Origin: an uncultured Fibrobacterota bacterium
GTDB lineage: Bacteria > Fibrobacterota > Chitinivibrionia > Chitinivibrionales > FEN-1185
NCBI GenBank assembly: GCA_963753345.1
Contig: CAVWBU010000024.1
Coordinates: 224,001 to 288,000 of the forward strand
Direction of reading: 5' to 3'
Length of the DNA stretch: 64,000 nucleotides
Shown in pieces: positions 38,830 to 48,789 of the stretch. The first letter of the stretch is position 1, and the number at the start of each line of letters is the position of its first letter. A program made the position numbers and the translations under genes. The notes under the pieces are model-generated. The model searched no databases. It had not been told where the DNA came from and saw nothing but the letters and a program-made list of their open reading frames with translations.

Positions 38830-41615
38830 CTACCGCACCAGGAGAACCTGCTTGACAAAGTGTCCGCCGTCCACGTCAAGACGGACGAACCAGATTCCGG
38901 CGCTCGTGGATTTGCCGTTGCCGAGGGTTCCGTTAATCGCGATCGGATGCCATCCCGCCTCGACCCTCGCGTTGGCCGTCCGTTCGAGGATTCTTCCTCT
39001 TGCGTCAAGAATCTCCATTGAAACCAGCGAGGGTCTGCTTATGTAATACCGTACCATGCCGTTGAAGGTCCGGATGTCGAGCGCAGGCATGGCGGAAGCA
39101 GCCGCCGTCGCACGCAACGCCGGCTTCACCGCCGCCACTATTCCGTTGTTCGGTACCGGAACGACGGTAAACGACGTTGTGCCGGTGTCGAGGCCGGGCG
39201 ATGTGGCCGTCACGGTCACCACGCCGGGCGTGAACGTTGAACGGATCGCCACCTTGATAAGCCCGCCCTCTGCGGCAAGATTGGGATCAAGCGGCGCATG
39301 ATAGCCGAGCGGCTGGCCCGCGGTCACATATTGGTTGGCGCCGCCGCGATAGTTGCCGGGCCCGCTCACGCTGAACGTGATGAGATTGCTGGCCGTGGGA
39401 TTGGTGATGCCGTTTGCATCAACCACCTTTGCAAGTATGAGCTTGGCGTCGGTCCCGTTGGCCGTGATCTGGAACGTGTCGCCGTTTGCCTGGACCGTCG
39501 GCGTGTCCGGGATGAGAACGATGTGGTCGGGAGCGCCTGCGGTTTGCTTCTCGTCAGAGCACACCAATATTTCCGCCGGCGTCAAGGCCGTTGGCAAGCA
39601 GTGTCCCTGAGGCCCAGGCAACACTCCAGGCTCGCGCCGCCCAGGGGTGTAGGCGTCTTCTTTCCCAGGCTGGTTCCGTTGAGGAACAGCTCCACGCTGG
39701 GGCAGTTGGAAAACGCGTTGACCGTTACCGTTCCAGACCTGTTCCAGTGATTGGCAAGAAAGACCACCGGCCTGAACTGCAAAAGGGGTCCAGGCGGCTG
39801 CATACATCTTGAAAAGCATCTTGGGTATGCGGTTGAAATCCATCATGGAGGAGCCGAACGACCTCACTCCTGTGGCAGGCGTGCCGTCCATGAAGGCCTG
39901 GCACTCACCCGGGGTCTCGGCCATGTACCATTGGCACAGGCCGAAGCACTTGGCATTGACGCTGCTCTGCCAATTATTCATGAATTGGTTGGCGAACGAG
40001 ATTTCACCGTTGTAATCCGTCCTCGAATCCGCGTTGCCCCATGCCTCCGCGCCCCACGCCGGGTTGCCGGGCTGCCGTTCTTCATGCCGATCTCGCATCC
40101 GGTCACCGTGCACGAGATAAGGTCCTTGGGCCCGAACCCGGCGCCGCGGACCGAAATCACGCGCGGCGCAAGCGAGTCCCACGTATTGCAGATAGTCCTG
40201 AGCGTGTTGCAGAAGCTGGCGACAATATTGCCGTTGCACACCTCCCACGCAAGGATCGACGGATCGTTTCTGTCGCGTATGACTCCGTCGCGCTGGACCT
40301 CCTGCTTGAGAGTCTGCTGGTCCGCGGTTGCCGCGCCGCCAAACAGTCCTTCGCCGTCGCCGCTGGGCTGCATGAGCATCACGCCCGTGTTGTCGCATGC
40401 GTAAACAAACCCCGGGCTGCACGCGGAATGGCCGGGCCTCCACAGGCGGCCGCCGCACCTCGTGAGAATCACGGCGTCACGATACTCGATTTCCGGCGGC
40501 AGGGCGGTCCCGAGCGCGGGATAGTCGTAGCGGGCCGAAGCGCCGTCCATGTAGTGCATGTGACCATTGATATACGGGTAATTGGCGTCCCACGTGATGG
40601 TGCGGATCCCGAGCGGGCTTGTAAACACGTCGACCGTGGTCCCGCCCACCTGCACGATATGGTACACGGTGTACATGTACGGCGTGCCGTAGATGCTGGC
40701 GTTTGGATACCACAGGTGCGGATTGGCCACGGTGCCTGTCTGGTCGAAGACGGAGCTCTGCCCCGCGGCAACGGACTGCGCGGCGCTGGTGAGGGTCAAG
40801 ACGACCGTGTTGCTTCTGTCCACCACCTTGGTGGTGACCGTAGCGCTCTGGGCCGCGGCACCGTCGTTTCTCACGTTTGTCAACATGCGCACCGTGGCCT
40901 GTGAGCCGTCGGTAGCGATGGCCGTGGTGGCGACATAGGTACCCCACTGATTGAGCGTCGAATACAGATTCACGGGGACATGAACATTGTCGGTGATGTG
41001 CATATAAACAGGGCGGAATATTCCGCCGTCCTCAGACCCGAAACGGAATACCTCCGAAAAACCAGGATCCTCGTAGAATCCCCCGTACTTGCCGACGCGC
41101 ACGGCCAGCACATTGTCCGCACCTCCGAAGGTGACGTAGGGAGTGACATCCACCACGAATCCCATGAAACCGATGACGTGGGTCGCGTTCGCATCCGCGG
41201 TTACCGCGCTGTTACCGGGAAGAAAAGTACCGTTGATGTACACCTGACAGCCCACGTGCACCCCTTGGAATTCAACGATGATCTTTCTGGTGGCATAGGA
41301 ATTGTCGAGGGAAAAATGTTTCCTGTACCAGACATTGCCTCCGAACATTGAACCGTCGCCGCCGCCGCTTTGCTGGTTGATAAACGTGTCGGTGTCGTTA
41401 TAGGTGTGCGGAACGCCGATCTGTTTCCACGCGGCATCGTTGAACGCAACGCTTTGAGGATTGCCCGGGGGATCGGATTTGGTAAACAGCCAGGGTGTTA
41501 CTCCCATATTGATGGTCACCCTGTTGCTCGATTCTCCCGTGTACGTTTGCGCAAAGCCGGACACAACAGCCAGCATCGCGATAACCATCGCCCATCCAAG
41601 AATTTTGCTTTTCAT
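38830..41615 (-). pseudogene. Secreted GH2-family glycoside hydrolase with CTD-like tail; at least four frameshifts near 40070, 39775, 39630 and 39565
   Basis: WYRKHF, VYING, DNVLAVRV, GGIFRPV, PHLWYP, LGIRTITWD and RDRNDPSILAWEVCNG. The continuation (DFNRIPK, FLANHWN, AFSNCPSVELFLNG, WASGTLLANG, TAGAPDHI) is spread across three frames. Confidence 0.8.
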
Positions 41616-41678
41616 TGCTATTCCCTCCTTCAATGGTTTTTTTTCACACGCCATTTGCCGTTCAATGCATGGTTTGGA

Positions 41679-41795
41679 TTGAAGAACCTCGGAGCAAGCT
41701 CCGAGGAAAAGGCAAACGACATAATATTGAAGCGCGAAGCGCAATTACCATACCTTAGGGAACGAAGTGACAATGCGCTCGCTGTGGGATTCGAA
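41679..41795. mobile_element. Short palindromic MITE/REP-like element, copy 1
   Basis: Starts TTGAAGAACC, has a perfect hairpin CCTCGGAGC-AA-GCTCCGAGG, and ends GCGCTCGCTGTGGGATTC. The ends match copy 2. Confidence 0.55.
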
Positions 41796-41937
41796 CTCCG
41801 CTTTGCATACCCCCTTCCTTAAAGTGGTTACAAAACCAGTCCAACCCAATTCCTAATACCTAATAATATAACCAACATTCGCCAATTTTAAAGGAATACT
41901 TGGCTCTCTTATCACCCTTTTTAGCTTTCAATAATCA

Positions 41938-42055
41938 TTGAAGAACCCCGCAGCAAGCTGCGAGGAATCTTCCATCCCTTTGGAAAAAGAACATACTTAT
42001 AGTCGCTCGCTTACCCCGAAGCAAGCTTCGAGGAGTGCGCTCGCTATGGGATTCA
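41938..42055. mobile_element. Short palindromic MITE/REP-like element, copy 2
   Basis: Starts TTGAAGAACC, has two GC-AA-GC hairpins (CCCCGCAGCAAGCTGCGAGG and CCCCGAAGCAAGCTTCGAGG), and ends GCGCTCGCTATGGGATTCA. Confidence 0.6.
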
Positions 42056-43900
42056 CACTTTAGCCGCAGGATTCTTATCAATCCCCAGCTTGCGTAATTT
42101 CCTAAAAAGTGTCGCCTTGTGGATGCCCAGCTTCCGCGCCGTCTTTATCTTGCTTCCGCCCATCTCGGCCAACACGCTCATGAGATACAGCTTTTCCAGT
42201 TCGTCGAAGTCCTTGACATGCGCAATCGCCTGCATTCCCGCCGTTGGCGCGCTCACCCGGAACTGCGAAGGCAGATGTGCCGTCCCTATCTCCGAGCCGT
42301 TGCAGAAAACGAACGCGTGCTCCATGGCGTTCTCCAGTTCGCGGATATTGCCGGGAAAATCGTATGAAAGGAGCGCGTTGAGCGCGTCTTGCGACAGGGT
42401 CTTGACGGCCTTGCTGTAGCGCGTGTTGAACCGCTCGATGAAGTGTTCACACAACAGGGGAATATCGCCCCGACGGTCGCGCAGCGGGGGCAACTTGACA
42501 AGAAGCACGTTGATGCGGTAAAAAAGGTCTTCTCGGAATTCCCCTTTCTTGACTTTTGCCAACAGCTCCCTGTTCGTCGCCGCGATGACGCGGATATCGA
42601 CTTTCGCCGATTCGGTGCCTCCGAGTGGCTCAAAGGTCTTGTCCTGCAGCACACGCAGAAGCTTTGCCTGCATGGCGCCCGTGATGTCGCCGATTTCGTC
42701 GAGGAAGACCGTCCCGCCGTTTGCGCGCGAGAAAATCCCCGGCTTGTCCTTCTTTGCGTCGGTAAAGGCCCCGGCCTTGTAGCCGAACAGCTCACTCTCC
42801 AGAAGATTATCCGGCAGGGCCGAACAATTAATGGCCACAAAGGGCTTGCTTTTTCGGGGACTCAGCTCGTGAATAGAACGCGCCACGAGCTCCTTGCCCG
42901 TGCCGGTTTCTCCGGTGACAAGTACCGTGGCGGGCGTCCGGGCCATAACCGGCAGAATGTCGAATATTTCCTTCATAAGCGGGCTGCGGCTCACCATGCT
43001 GTGAAAACTCGCCTTGTCCATCATCTCTTTCCGAAGGTTGGCAATGACATGCCGGGCCTCTTCGGTTTCCCGATGCGCCTGCCTGATGCGGGCCTCATCG
43101 GCCTTTCTCTTTTCGGTGGCGTCCTGCACCTGCACCAGAAAAAGCCTCGGAGCGTCTTCCTTGTTGTCAAGCGGGGTGACGTTCCAGAGGAAGAAGCGGT
43201 CCCCGGCTCCGGCGTTCCCGCCGCCGATGGATGTCACTGTTTCATGCTCGACGCTGTCTCCCGCGGCGAGCCGCTTGCGCTTTTCGTCGGGCAGGCCGGC
43301 CATCTCAAACAGAACAAAAGGTACATCGGACGGCTGCGCATGGCTGGGGATGCCGAAGAGTCCGCAGAACGCCGTGTTCATCTCGGTGAGCTTTCCGGTT
43401 CCGTCGCACAACGCTATGCCGATGGGCGACCACGAGACAATGCTCTTGAACCGCTTCTCGCTTTCCCTCAGTTTCCGTTCCGCGGTCACGCGGTCGGAGA
43501 TGTTGATGATGCACATGCGGATCCCCACGATGCCGGTGCCGCCGGCGATCGGAGAGGTGTTGACAAGCAGATGCAGCACAACGCCGTCTTTGCGCGTTAC
43601 CGTGTATTCGGAGGGGGTTCCAAAGTCGCCGTGACGGATATTGTGGATGTCCTTTTTTGCGCGTTCATGATCGGCCGGCGCGATAAGATCGAAGAGATGG
43701 ATACCGCGCCTGAAATCTTCCTGGGTGAGCAGAAACGTCTCAAGGCCCTTCATGTTCGTGTAAATCAACTTCATGTCGTTGTCCCACTCGCAGATGATGC
43801 CGGGCAGCAGCTGCGCCGTGTCGCGGAACCGGTTCTCGCTTGCCTGCAGCTCCCGCACCTTTTTCGCGAGCTCTTCTCGTGTCATTGCATCAATATTCAT
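42053..43900 (-). CDS. PAS-domain sigma54-interacting transcriptional activator (Fis-type HTH)
   Basis: Two PAS-like segments, GETGTGKE, ESELFG, GAFTDA, FLDEIGD, FREDLFYR, PGNIRELEN, and an LGIHKATLFRKL HTH. Confidence 0.93.
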   Translation of the reverse strand: MNIDAMTREELAKKVRELQASENRFRDTAQLLPGIICEWDNDMKLIYTNMKGLETFLLTQEDFRRGIHLFDLIAPADHERAKKDIHNIRHGDFGTPSEYTVTRKDGVVLHLLVNTSPIAGGTGIVGIRMCIINISDRVTAERKLRESEKRFKSIVSWSPIGIALCDGTGKLTEMNTAFCGLFGIPSHAQPSDVPFVLFEMAGLPDEKRKRLAAGDSVEHETVTSIGGGNAGAGDRFFLWNVTPLDNKEDAPRLFLVQVQDATEKRKADEARIRQAHRETEEARHVIANLRKEMMDKASFHSMVSRSPLMKEIFDILPVMARTPATVLVTGETGTGKELVARSIHELSPRKSKPFVAINCSALPDNLLESELFGYKAGAFTDAKKDKPGIFSRANGGTVFLDEIGDITGAMQAKLLRVLQDKTFEPLGGTESAKVDIRVIAATNRELLAKVKKGEFREDLFYRINVLLVKLPPLRDRRGDIPLLCEHFIERFNTRYSKAVKTLSQDALNALLSYDFPGNIRELENAMEHAFVFCNGSEIGTAHLPSQFRVSAPTAGMQAIAHVKDFDELEKLYLMSVLAEMGGSKIKTARKLGIHKATLFRKLRKLGIDKNPAAKV

Positions 43901-44090
43901 GGTTTCTCCTCACCGGGTGGTTATTTCCTAATATAGAATTTCACTTGCGATTTGACAAGTTTGCCGGAACGCCGGTTGTTCCACCTGCTGCGGCCTTCTA
44001 GTATTTTGGTGGGCGAAACACGGCTTGAGGTCGCTTGGGCCGGATGGTGCAACCACCGCGGGTTTGCGGAAGCTCCCGTCACAATCCGCA

Positions 44091-45008
44091 ATGACCAAAC
44101 GTCAACAGCAATTCTCTATCCCCTTGAAACCCTTCAAGCGCACCTATGTCGAAATCACCAACGCGTGCAACCTCGCGTGCACGTTCTGTCCGGGAACGGC
44201 CAGGCGCATCGAGTTCATGAGCACCGGAATGTTCGACGGAGTCCTTGCGGCGCTCGGCGGGCATTGCACGCACCTGTACCTGCACGTTCTCGGCGAGCCG
44301 CTCCTTCACCCCGCGCTGCCGGAGCTCCTCGACAGCGCGCACCAGCACGGGAAGCTTGTCAACCTCACCACCAACGGGCTTCTCATTGGTAAAGCAGGTG
44401 CATCCATTGCGGGGAAACCTGCGCTTCGGCAGGTGACCTTCTCCCTGCACAGCTTCGCGCCCGGCCGCAGCGCCGCCTCGGCCGAAGCCTATCTCACCCC
44501 GATCCTCGATTTCGCCCGCAATGCCTCAGCGGCGCACCTGATATGCCTGCGACTGTGGGACGCCGCCGATTCCAGCGACACCGGCAGCCGCGAATCCATG
44601 CTTTCCATCATTGCCAACGCGTTTTGTCTGCCGCCCGCGCTCCGCAATGACCTTAAAAGGTCTGCTGCGGTGCGCCTTGACAAAAACATATTCCTCAATA
44701 CCATGCAACGGTTCGCCTGGCCCAATATGAACGGCCCCGATTTTGGCAAAAGCGGCTTCTGCCTTGCACTGCGCGAACAGATTGCGATATTGGTCGACGG
44801 CACGGTGGTGCCGTGCTGCCTTGACAGCAACGGAACCCTCGCGCTTGGAAATATTTGCTCGCTGCCTGTCGCCGATATCCTCGCGTCGGACAGCGCGCGG
44901 CGAATTCACGACGGCTTTTCGCGGCGAACGGCGGTTGAACCATTATGCAGGCACTGCTCGTATCGGCTGAGATTCGGAAGTAACGGCAAAGTCATCCATG
45001 ACGAATGA
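44091..45008 (+). CDS. Radical SAM protein with SPASM/twitch-like C-terminus
   Basis: CNLACTFC, GEPLLHP, TTNG, GTVVPCC, LGNI, CRHC. Confidence 0.9.
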   Translation: MTKRQQQFSIPLKPFKRTYVEITNACNLACTFCPGTARRIEFMSTGMFDGVLAALGGHCTHLYLHVLGEPLLHPALPELLDSAHQHGKLVNLTTNGLLIGKAGASIAGKPALRQVTFSLHSFAPGRSAASAEAYLTPILDFARNASAAHLICLRLWDAADSSDTGSRESMLSIIANAFCLPPALRNDLKRSAAVRLDKNIFLNTMQRFAWPNMNGPDFGKSGFCLALREQIAILVDGTVVPCCLDSNGTLALGNICSLPVADILASDSARRIHDGFSRRTAVEPLCRHCSYRLRFGSNGKVIHDE

Positions 45009-45138
45009 CGGAATATTTTTGTATTGTACGCCGGTCTTTTTCCGAGATCATCTAGCGGCAAGCGCGGCGACTTTCTTTACCGCCGGCGGAGCAATTGTTT
45101 CGTCATGAGATTTATTGTTGAGGCTTTTGTTGACTTGA

Positions 45139-47037
45139 TTATACTTCGTCAAGTCTGATAATTGCATACGGGCGGAGTACAATCCGTAAAATACCATCTC
45201 GAACTGCCACCTTTCTTCCTCGCTCCTGCCGAAATTCAAGCGGCCGCCTGCAGGCGCGCGCAAACGACTTCTCGTCGAGTGTCCGCGCGGCGAGCCCGTT
45301 CGGCATCCTGCAAAGAACTGCTTTTCGAGACGCGGACGCGAGGTTGGCAATAAGGAAACACCTGCGGCCGCCGTTTTCGAGCACGCATCCGTCAATACCC
45401 GCGCCCGTCCGCGTAGCAAGCGGCCGCAGCCGGCCGCCGGCGAACTCCCCAAAGTCCGCAAACACATGGTACATCGGAAACACGCGGCGACCGCCGGGCT
45501 CCATGATGCCGCAATCGCCGCTTGTCTCGAAATACGTTATGCCTGCGGCGCCGCCCCTGGCCGACCGGATGATGCTTCCCAACGTCCACACGGCTCCCAG
45601 CAGCGATTTCTGGCGCGGATCGGGCCCGTGGTCCTTGCGGGGCGCGAGCGGATTGAGCCTTGGCCGCAGGGTGATGGGCGTCACAAAGATCTTTTTTCCC
45701 GGGAACCGAGCGCGTGCGGTCCGGAGAACGTGAGACTGTCCCTCCAGATTGAATAGTATCGCCTCATCATCGAAGGTGTGCACCTGCGGATTGACTGAAT
45801 AGCAAACTCCCTCCGCTCCGCGCAATGCAGGTTTGTTCCTGTTGATTTCCACAAAGTTGCCGTCTGTTCCGGATATCATCTCTGTTTGATCGAACAGCCG
45901 CGGTGCACCGGCATAAAATGCTCCACGGGTCTCCTGCGACGTTACTTTTTCCCCCGATCGGAACACGAGGCATCGCTTCACGGGAACGTGGAGTCCGTCA
46001 ATCATGTCGGCGAGGCGCCCTGCATCCTTCACGATTGAGTGCGGACCACCTCCGAAAGAGAGCGCCAGTTCCAGAGAACAACCAAAGACAGCCGCGCTCC
46101 CGGCGGCACGTGATACTGTTTGCAAAGCCTTCCGATCATCAAACCTGAAATCTGATCTGACATGCGAGAACCCGCAGGCGCGGACGAGCTCCGCTTCACG
46201 CGCAGGAATCGTTCGAACCGCATCGCAAAGGGCGGTCCCGATTTCGGGGATCGGGCATGATCGTCTGGAAAATTCCAGAGCGTCATCCCGGTGCGGAAGA
46301 GAAAACGGCCTCGGTTTTGTTTTTGACGTCAGGCGGACAAGTATCCGCTGCGAAAACCGGGCACCTTTCTTTACCCTGAAAGGAATGTTGTCGGCGAGCG
46401 GCGGACAATACACCTTGAACGAGGCATCGGTCCAGTTCCGCTGGTCCTCCATTTCGAACGTGTCGCCTTCAAACCGAATCTCCGACGAGACTCCTCCCGC
46501 AAACGTCAGGACCAGAGCACGCATGTTTGCAAACGGCTGATGCGGGCTTATTGTTTCGCCGGGAAACCGCGCCCTGATTCGCGTTCCGTCAACCTTTTCG
46601 ACCCCGCACGGTTTCCCCAGGCACCCTTCGAGCGGCAGCAGCACGCAGAAACCAATCCTGTTCGTCTCAAAAGATAATCGCGCAGTCCCGTCAAGGGAGA
46701 AGGAAACAGCGCCGGTTTCCAAGCCTTCAATTGACGCATGCCACACAAAGTCGATGCCGTCGCGCCGGTGGATGCAGTCGAACCGTATTGAGAACGAATT
46801 CCGGCCGCGTCTTATGCGGAGGTTTGCAACAGCGGGCCGCACCGTGTTCCAGTATTTGTCGCGCACCGCAACATACATCCGCCGCACAAGTTCCAAATCG
46901 CCCGCCAGGAAATTCCGGAGTTCTCCATCGCTGTACAAAAGCGACAGATGGCCTGCTCGCAGCAAGACCGGTTGCCGCAGCGGCTTCGAGCTTCCGCGGA
47001 GCGCGACGTTCTTCTTGGATTCGGAGGCGTGCCTCAT
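45139..47037 (-). CDS. D-apionate lactonase (ApnL)-like protein
   Basis: AVRDKYWNT, NRIGFCVL, ISPHQPF, FEMEDQRNWTDASFK, NPQVHTFDD and DPRQKSL motifs, recalled from this family. Confidence 0.6.
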   Translation of the reverse strand: MRHASESKKNVALRGSSKPLRQPVLLRAGHLSLLYSDGELRNFLAGDLELVRRMYVAVRDKYWNTVRPAVANLRIRRGRNSFSIRFDCIHRRDGIDFVWHASIEGLETGAVSFSLDGTARLSFETNRIGFCVLLPLEGCLGKPCGVEKVDGTRIRARFPGETISPHQPFANMRALVLTFAGGVSSEIRFEGDTFEMEDQRNWTDASFKVYCPPLADNIPFRVKKGARFSQRILVRLTSKTKPRPFSLPHRDDALEFSRRSCPIPEIGTALCDAVRTIPAREAELVRACGFSHVRSDFRFDDRKALQTVSRAAGSAAVFGCSLELALSFGGGPHSIVKDAGRLADMIDGLHVPVKRCLVFRSGEKVTSQETRGAFYAGAPRLFDQTEMISGTDGNFVEINRNKPALRGAEGVCYSVNPQVHTFDDEAILFNLEGQSHVLRTARARFPGKKIFVTPITLRPRLNPLAPRKDHGPDPRQKSLLGAVWTLGSIIRSARGGAAGITYFETSGDCGIMEPGGRRVFPMYHVFADFGEFAGGRLRPLATRTGAGIDGCVLENGGRRCFLIANLASASRKAVLCRMPNGLAARTLDEKSFARACRRPLEFRQERGRKVAVRDGILRIVLRPYAIIRLDEV

Positions 47038-47148
47038 AAACAAGACCTTTGAAATGCCGGTTGCGCCATGTGTATAATTATAATATAGCAATGCGGAGCG
47101 CGGCGCTCAAAGACCTGCGCGGTATCACGCATCACCAAGGCACACACA

Positions 47149-48246
47149 ATGAACTTCCTTTTGAAGCTTGTCAGGACCCGGCTCAACCCTTTTATTGTGC
47201 TTTTTGCCATTGGTGTCGTGTACTTTGCCGTTCAGTCGTTCTTCCTGCTGGTGGTCAACGATGACGCAACCCTTTCCATTTCGGCCGTGCCCATTCTTTT
47301 TTCGGGGTGGTTCATGGGCCCCTGGTGGGCTGCCGGCGCCGGAGTGTGCATTTTTATCTATTTCTGTCTTATCAAGTTATTCTCCATGGGACTCGGCACC
47401 TGGATCGACCTTGCGGTGGGCGGCGGGTCAATAGCGATCTTCGCACTCATCGGAGCGGCCATCGGCAGGATGGAGCAGCTCAACAGGCTCCTTCAAGAGC
47501 AGCTTGCGGCACGAAAAATCGCGGAGCAGGCCCTCGAATCCCGCACGCAGCAACTTGCCCGCTCAAATAAAGAACTCGAGCAATTCGCGTATATCGCCTC
47601 GCACGACCTGCAGGAGCCGCTCAGAAAAATCTCCGCATTCGGGTCAAGGCTTGCCTCCAAGTACACGGCCGTCATCGACGACCAGGGCAAGGACTACCTC
47701 GCGAGGATGCAGAACGCGGCTGTCCGCATGCAGGGGCTTATCGAAGGCCTGCTCACCTATTCGCGGGTCACCACAAAGGCGCAGCCGTTCTCTCCCGTCG
47801 ATCTGTTTGCCATCCTCACCGAAGTGCTCGGCGACCTCGAGACCAAGATCAAGGACACCGGCGCGGACGTTCGGTGCGACGTAAACGCAACCATCGACGC
47901 AGACCCTTTGCAGATGAGGCAATTGTTCCAGAACCTCGTGGGCAACGCGCTCAAGTACCACGCGCCGGGCGTCTCGCCCGTCATTGACATACGCGTATCA
48001 ACCGCAAACGGCCTTTGTTCCCTTACCGTTGCCGACAACGGAATCGGTTTTGAGCAGAAATACGCCGAACAGATCTTCGGCGTTTTCCAGCGGCTCCACG
48101 GCCGCTCGAGCGAATACGAAGGCTCGGGCATCGGGCTGTCGGTGTGCAGGAAGATCGCCGAGCGCCACGGCGGGAGCATCAGCGCACAGTCGGAGCCGGG
48201 CAAGGGTGCGACGTTCACCGTCGTGCTCCCCGCCAAACAGGCCTGA
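47149..48246 (+). CDS. Membrane-bound sensor histidine kinase
   Basis: Four TM helices, H-box ASHDLQEPLR, NLVGNALKY, DNGIG, GSGIGL, GATF. Confidence 0.93.
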   Translation: MNFLLKLVRTRLNPFIVLFAIGVVYFAVQSFFLLVVNDDATLSISAVPILFSGWFMGPWWAAGAGVCIFIYFCLIKLFSMGLGTWIDLAVGGGSIAIFALIGAAIGRMEQLNRLLQEQLAARKIAEQALESRTQQLARSNKELEQFAYIASHDLQEPLRKISAFGSRLASKYTAVIDDQGKDYLARMQNAAVRMQGLIEGLLTYSRVTTKAQPFSPVDLFAILTEVLGDLETKIKDTGADVRCDVNATIDADPLQMRQLFQNLVGNALKYHAPGVSPVIDIRVSTANGLCSLTVADNGIGFEQKYAEQIFGVFQRLHGRSSEYEGSGIGLSVCRKIAERHGGSISAQSEPGKGATFTVVLPAKQA

Positions 48247-48332
48247 GGCGGCTTGGCCGTTTCCTTTCCGCAGATGATAAGGTATATTCTTGGCTGAACG
48301 CTCCGGCCAAAATTTTTCGCAAGGAGTTCTCC

Positions 48333-48785
48333 ATGAACCAGAAGAAAAATTCCGTGGTGATCCTCATGGCCGACGACGACGAAGACGACCGCCTCATGGC
48401 GAAAGAGGCGTTTAACGAAGTCAAACTCATCAACCACTTCCACATGGTGGAGAACGGCGAGGAGCTCATGGACTACCTGCGGCGCAAGGGGAAATACGCC
48501 GATCCCGCCGTCTCGCCCCGGCCAGGGCTCATCCTCCTCGACCTCAACATGCCAAGGAAAGACGGCCGCCAGGCACTCGCGGAAATCAAGGCGGACCCCT
48601 CGCTGCGCCAGATCCCCATTGTGGTGCTCACCACGTCCAAGGCCGAAGAGGACATTTTACGGTCCTACGATCTCGGCGTGAATTCGTTTATTGCAAAACC
48701 GGTGACGTTCGAGCAACTGGTCGTCATCATGAAGACGCTCACGAAGTACTGGTTCGAAATCGTGGAACTTCCGCCCCAAGGGTAG
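48333..48785 (+). CDS. Single-domain response regulator (Rcp1-like)
   Basis: AAGGAG RBS, ADDDEDD, LILLDLNMPRKDG, VLTTS, SYDLGVNSFIAKP. Confidence 0.93.
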   Translation: MNQKKNSVVILMADDDEDDRLMAKEAFNEVKLINHFHMVENGEELMDYLRRKGKYADPAVSPRPGLILLDLNMPRKDGRQALAEIKADPSLRQIPIVVLTTSKAEEDILRSYDLGVNSFIAKPVTFEQLVVIMKTLTKYWFEIVELPPQG

Positions 48786-48789
48786 GAGC

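Noticed and set aside
42389-43936. 515-aa plus-strand ORF
   Set aside because: It is an antisense shadow of the sigma54 activator.
23480-44000. Island as an integrative element or prophage
   Set aside because: I found no integrase, transposase, phage genes, tRNA target or flanking direct repeats.
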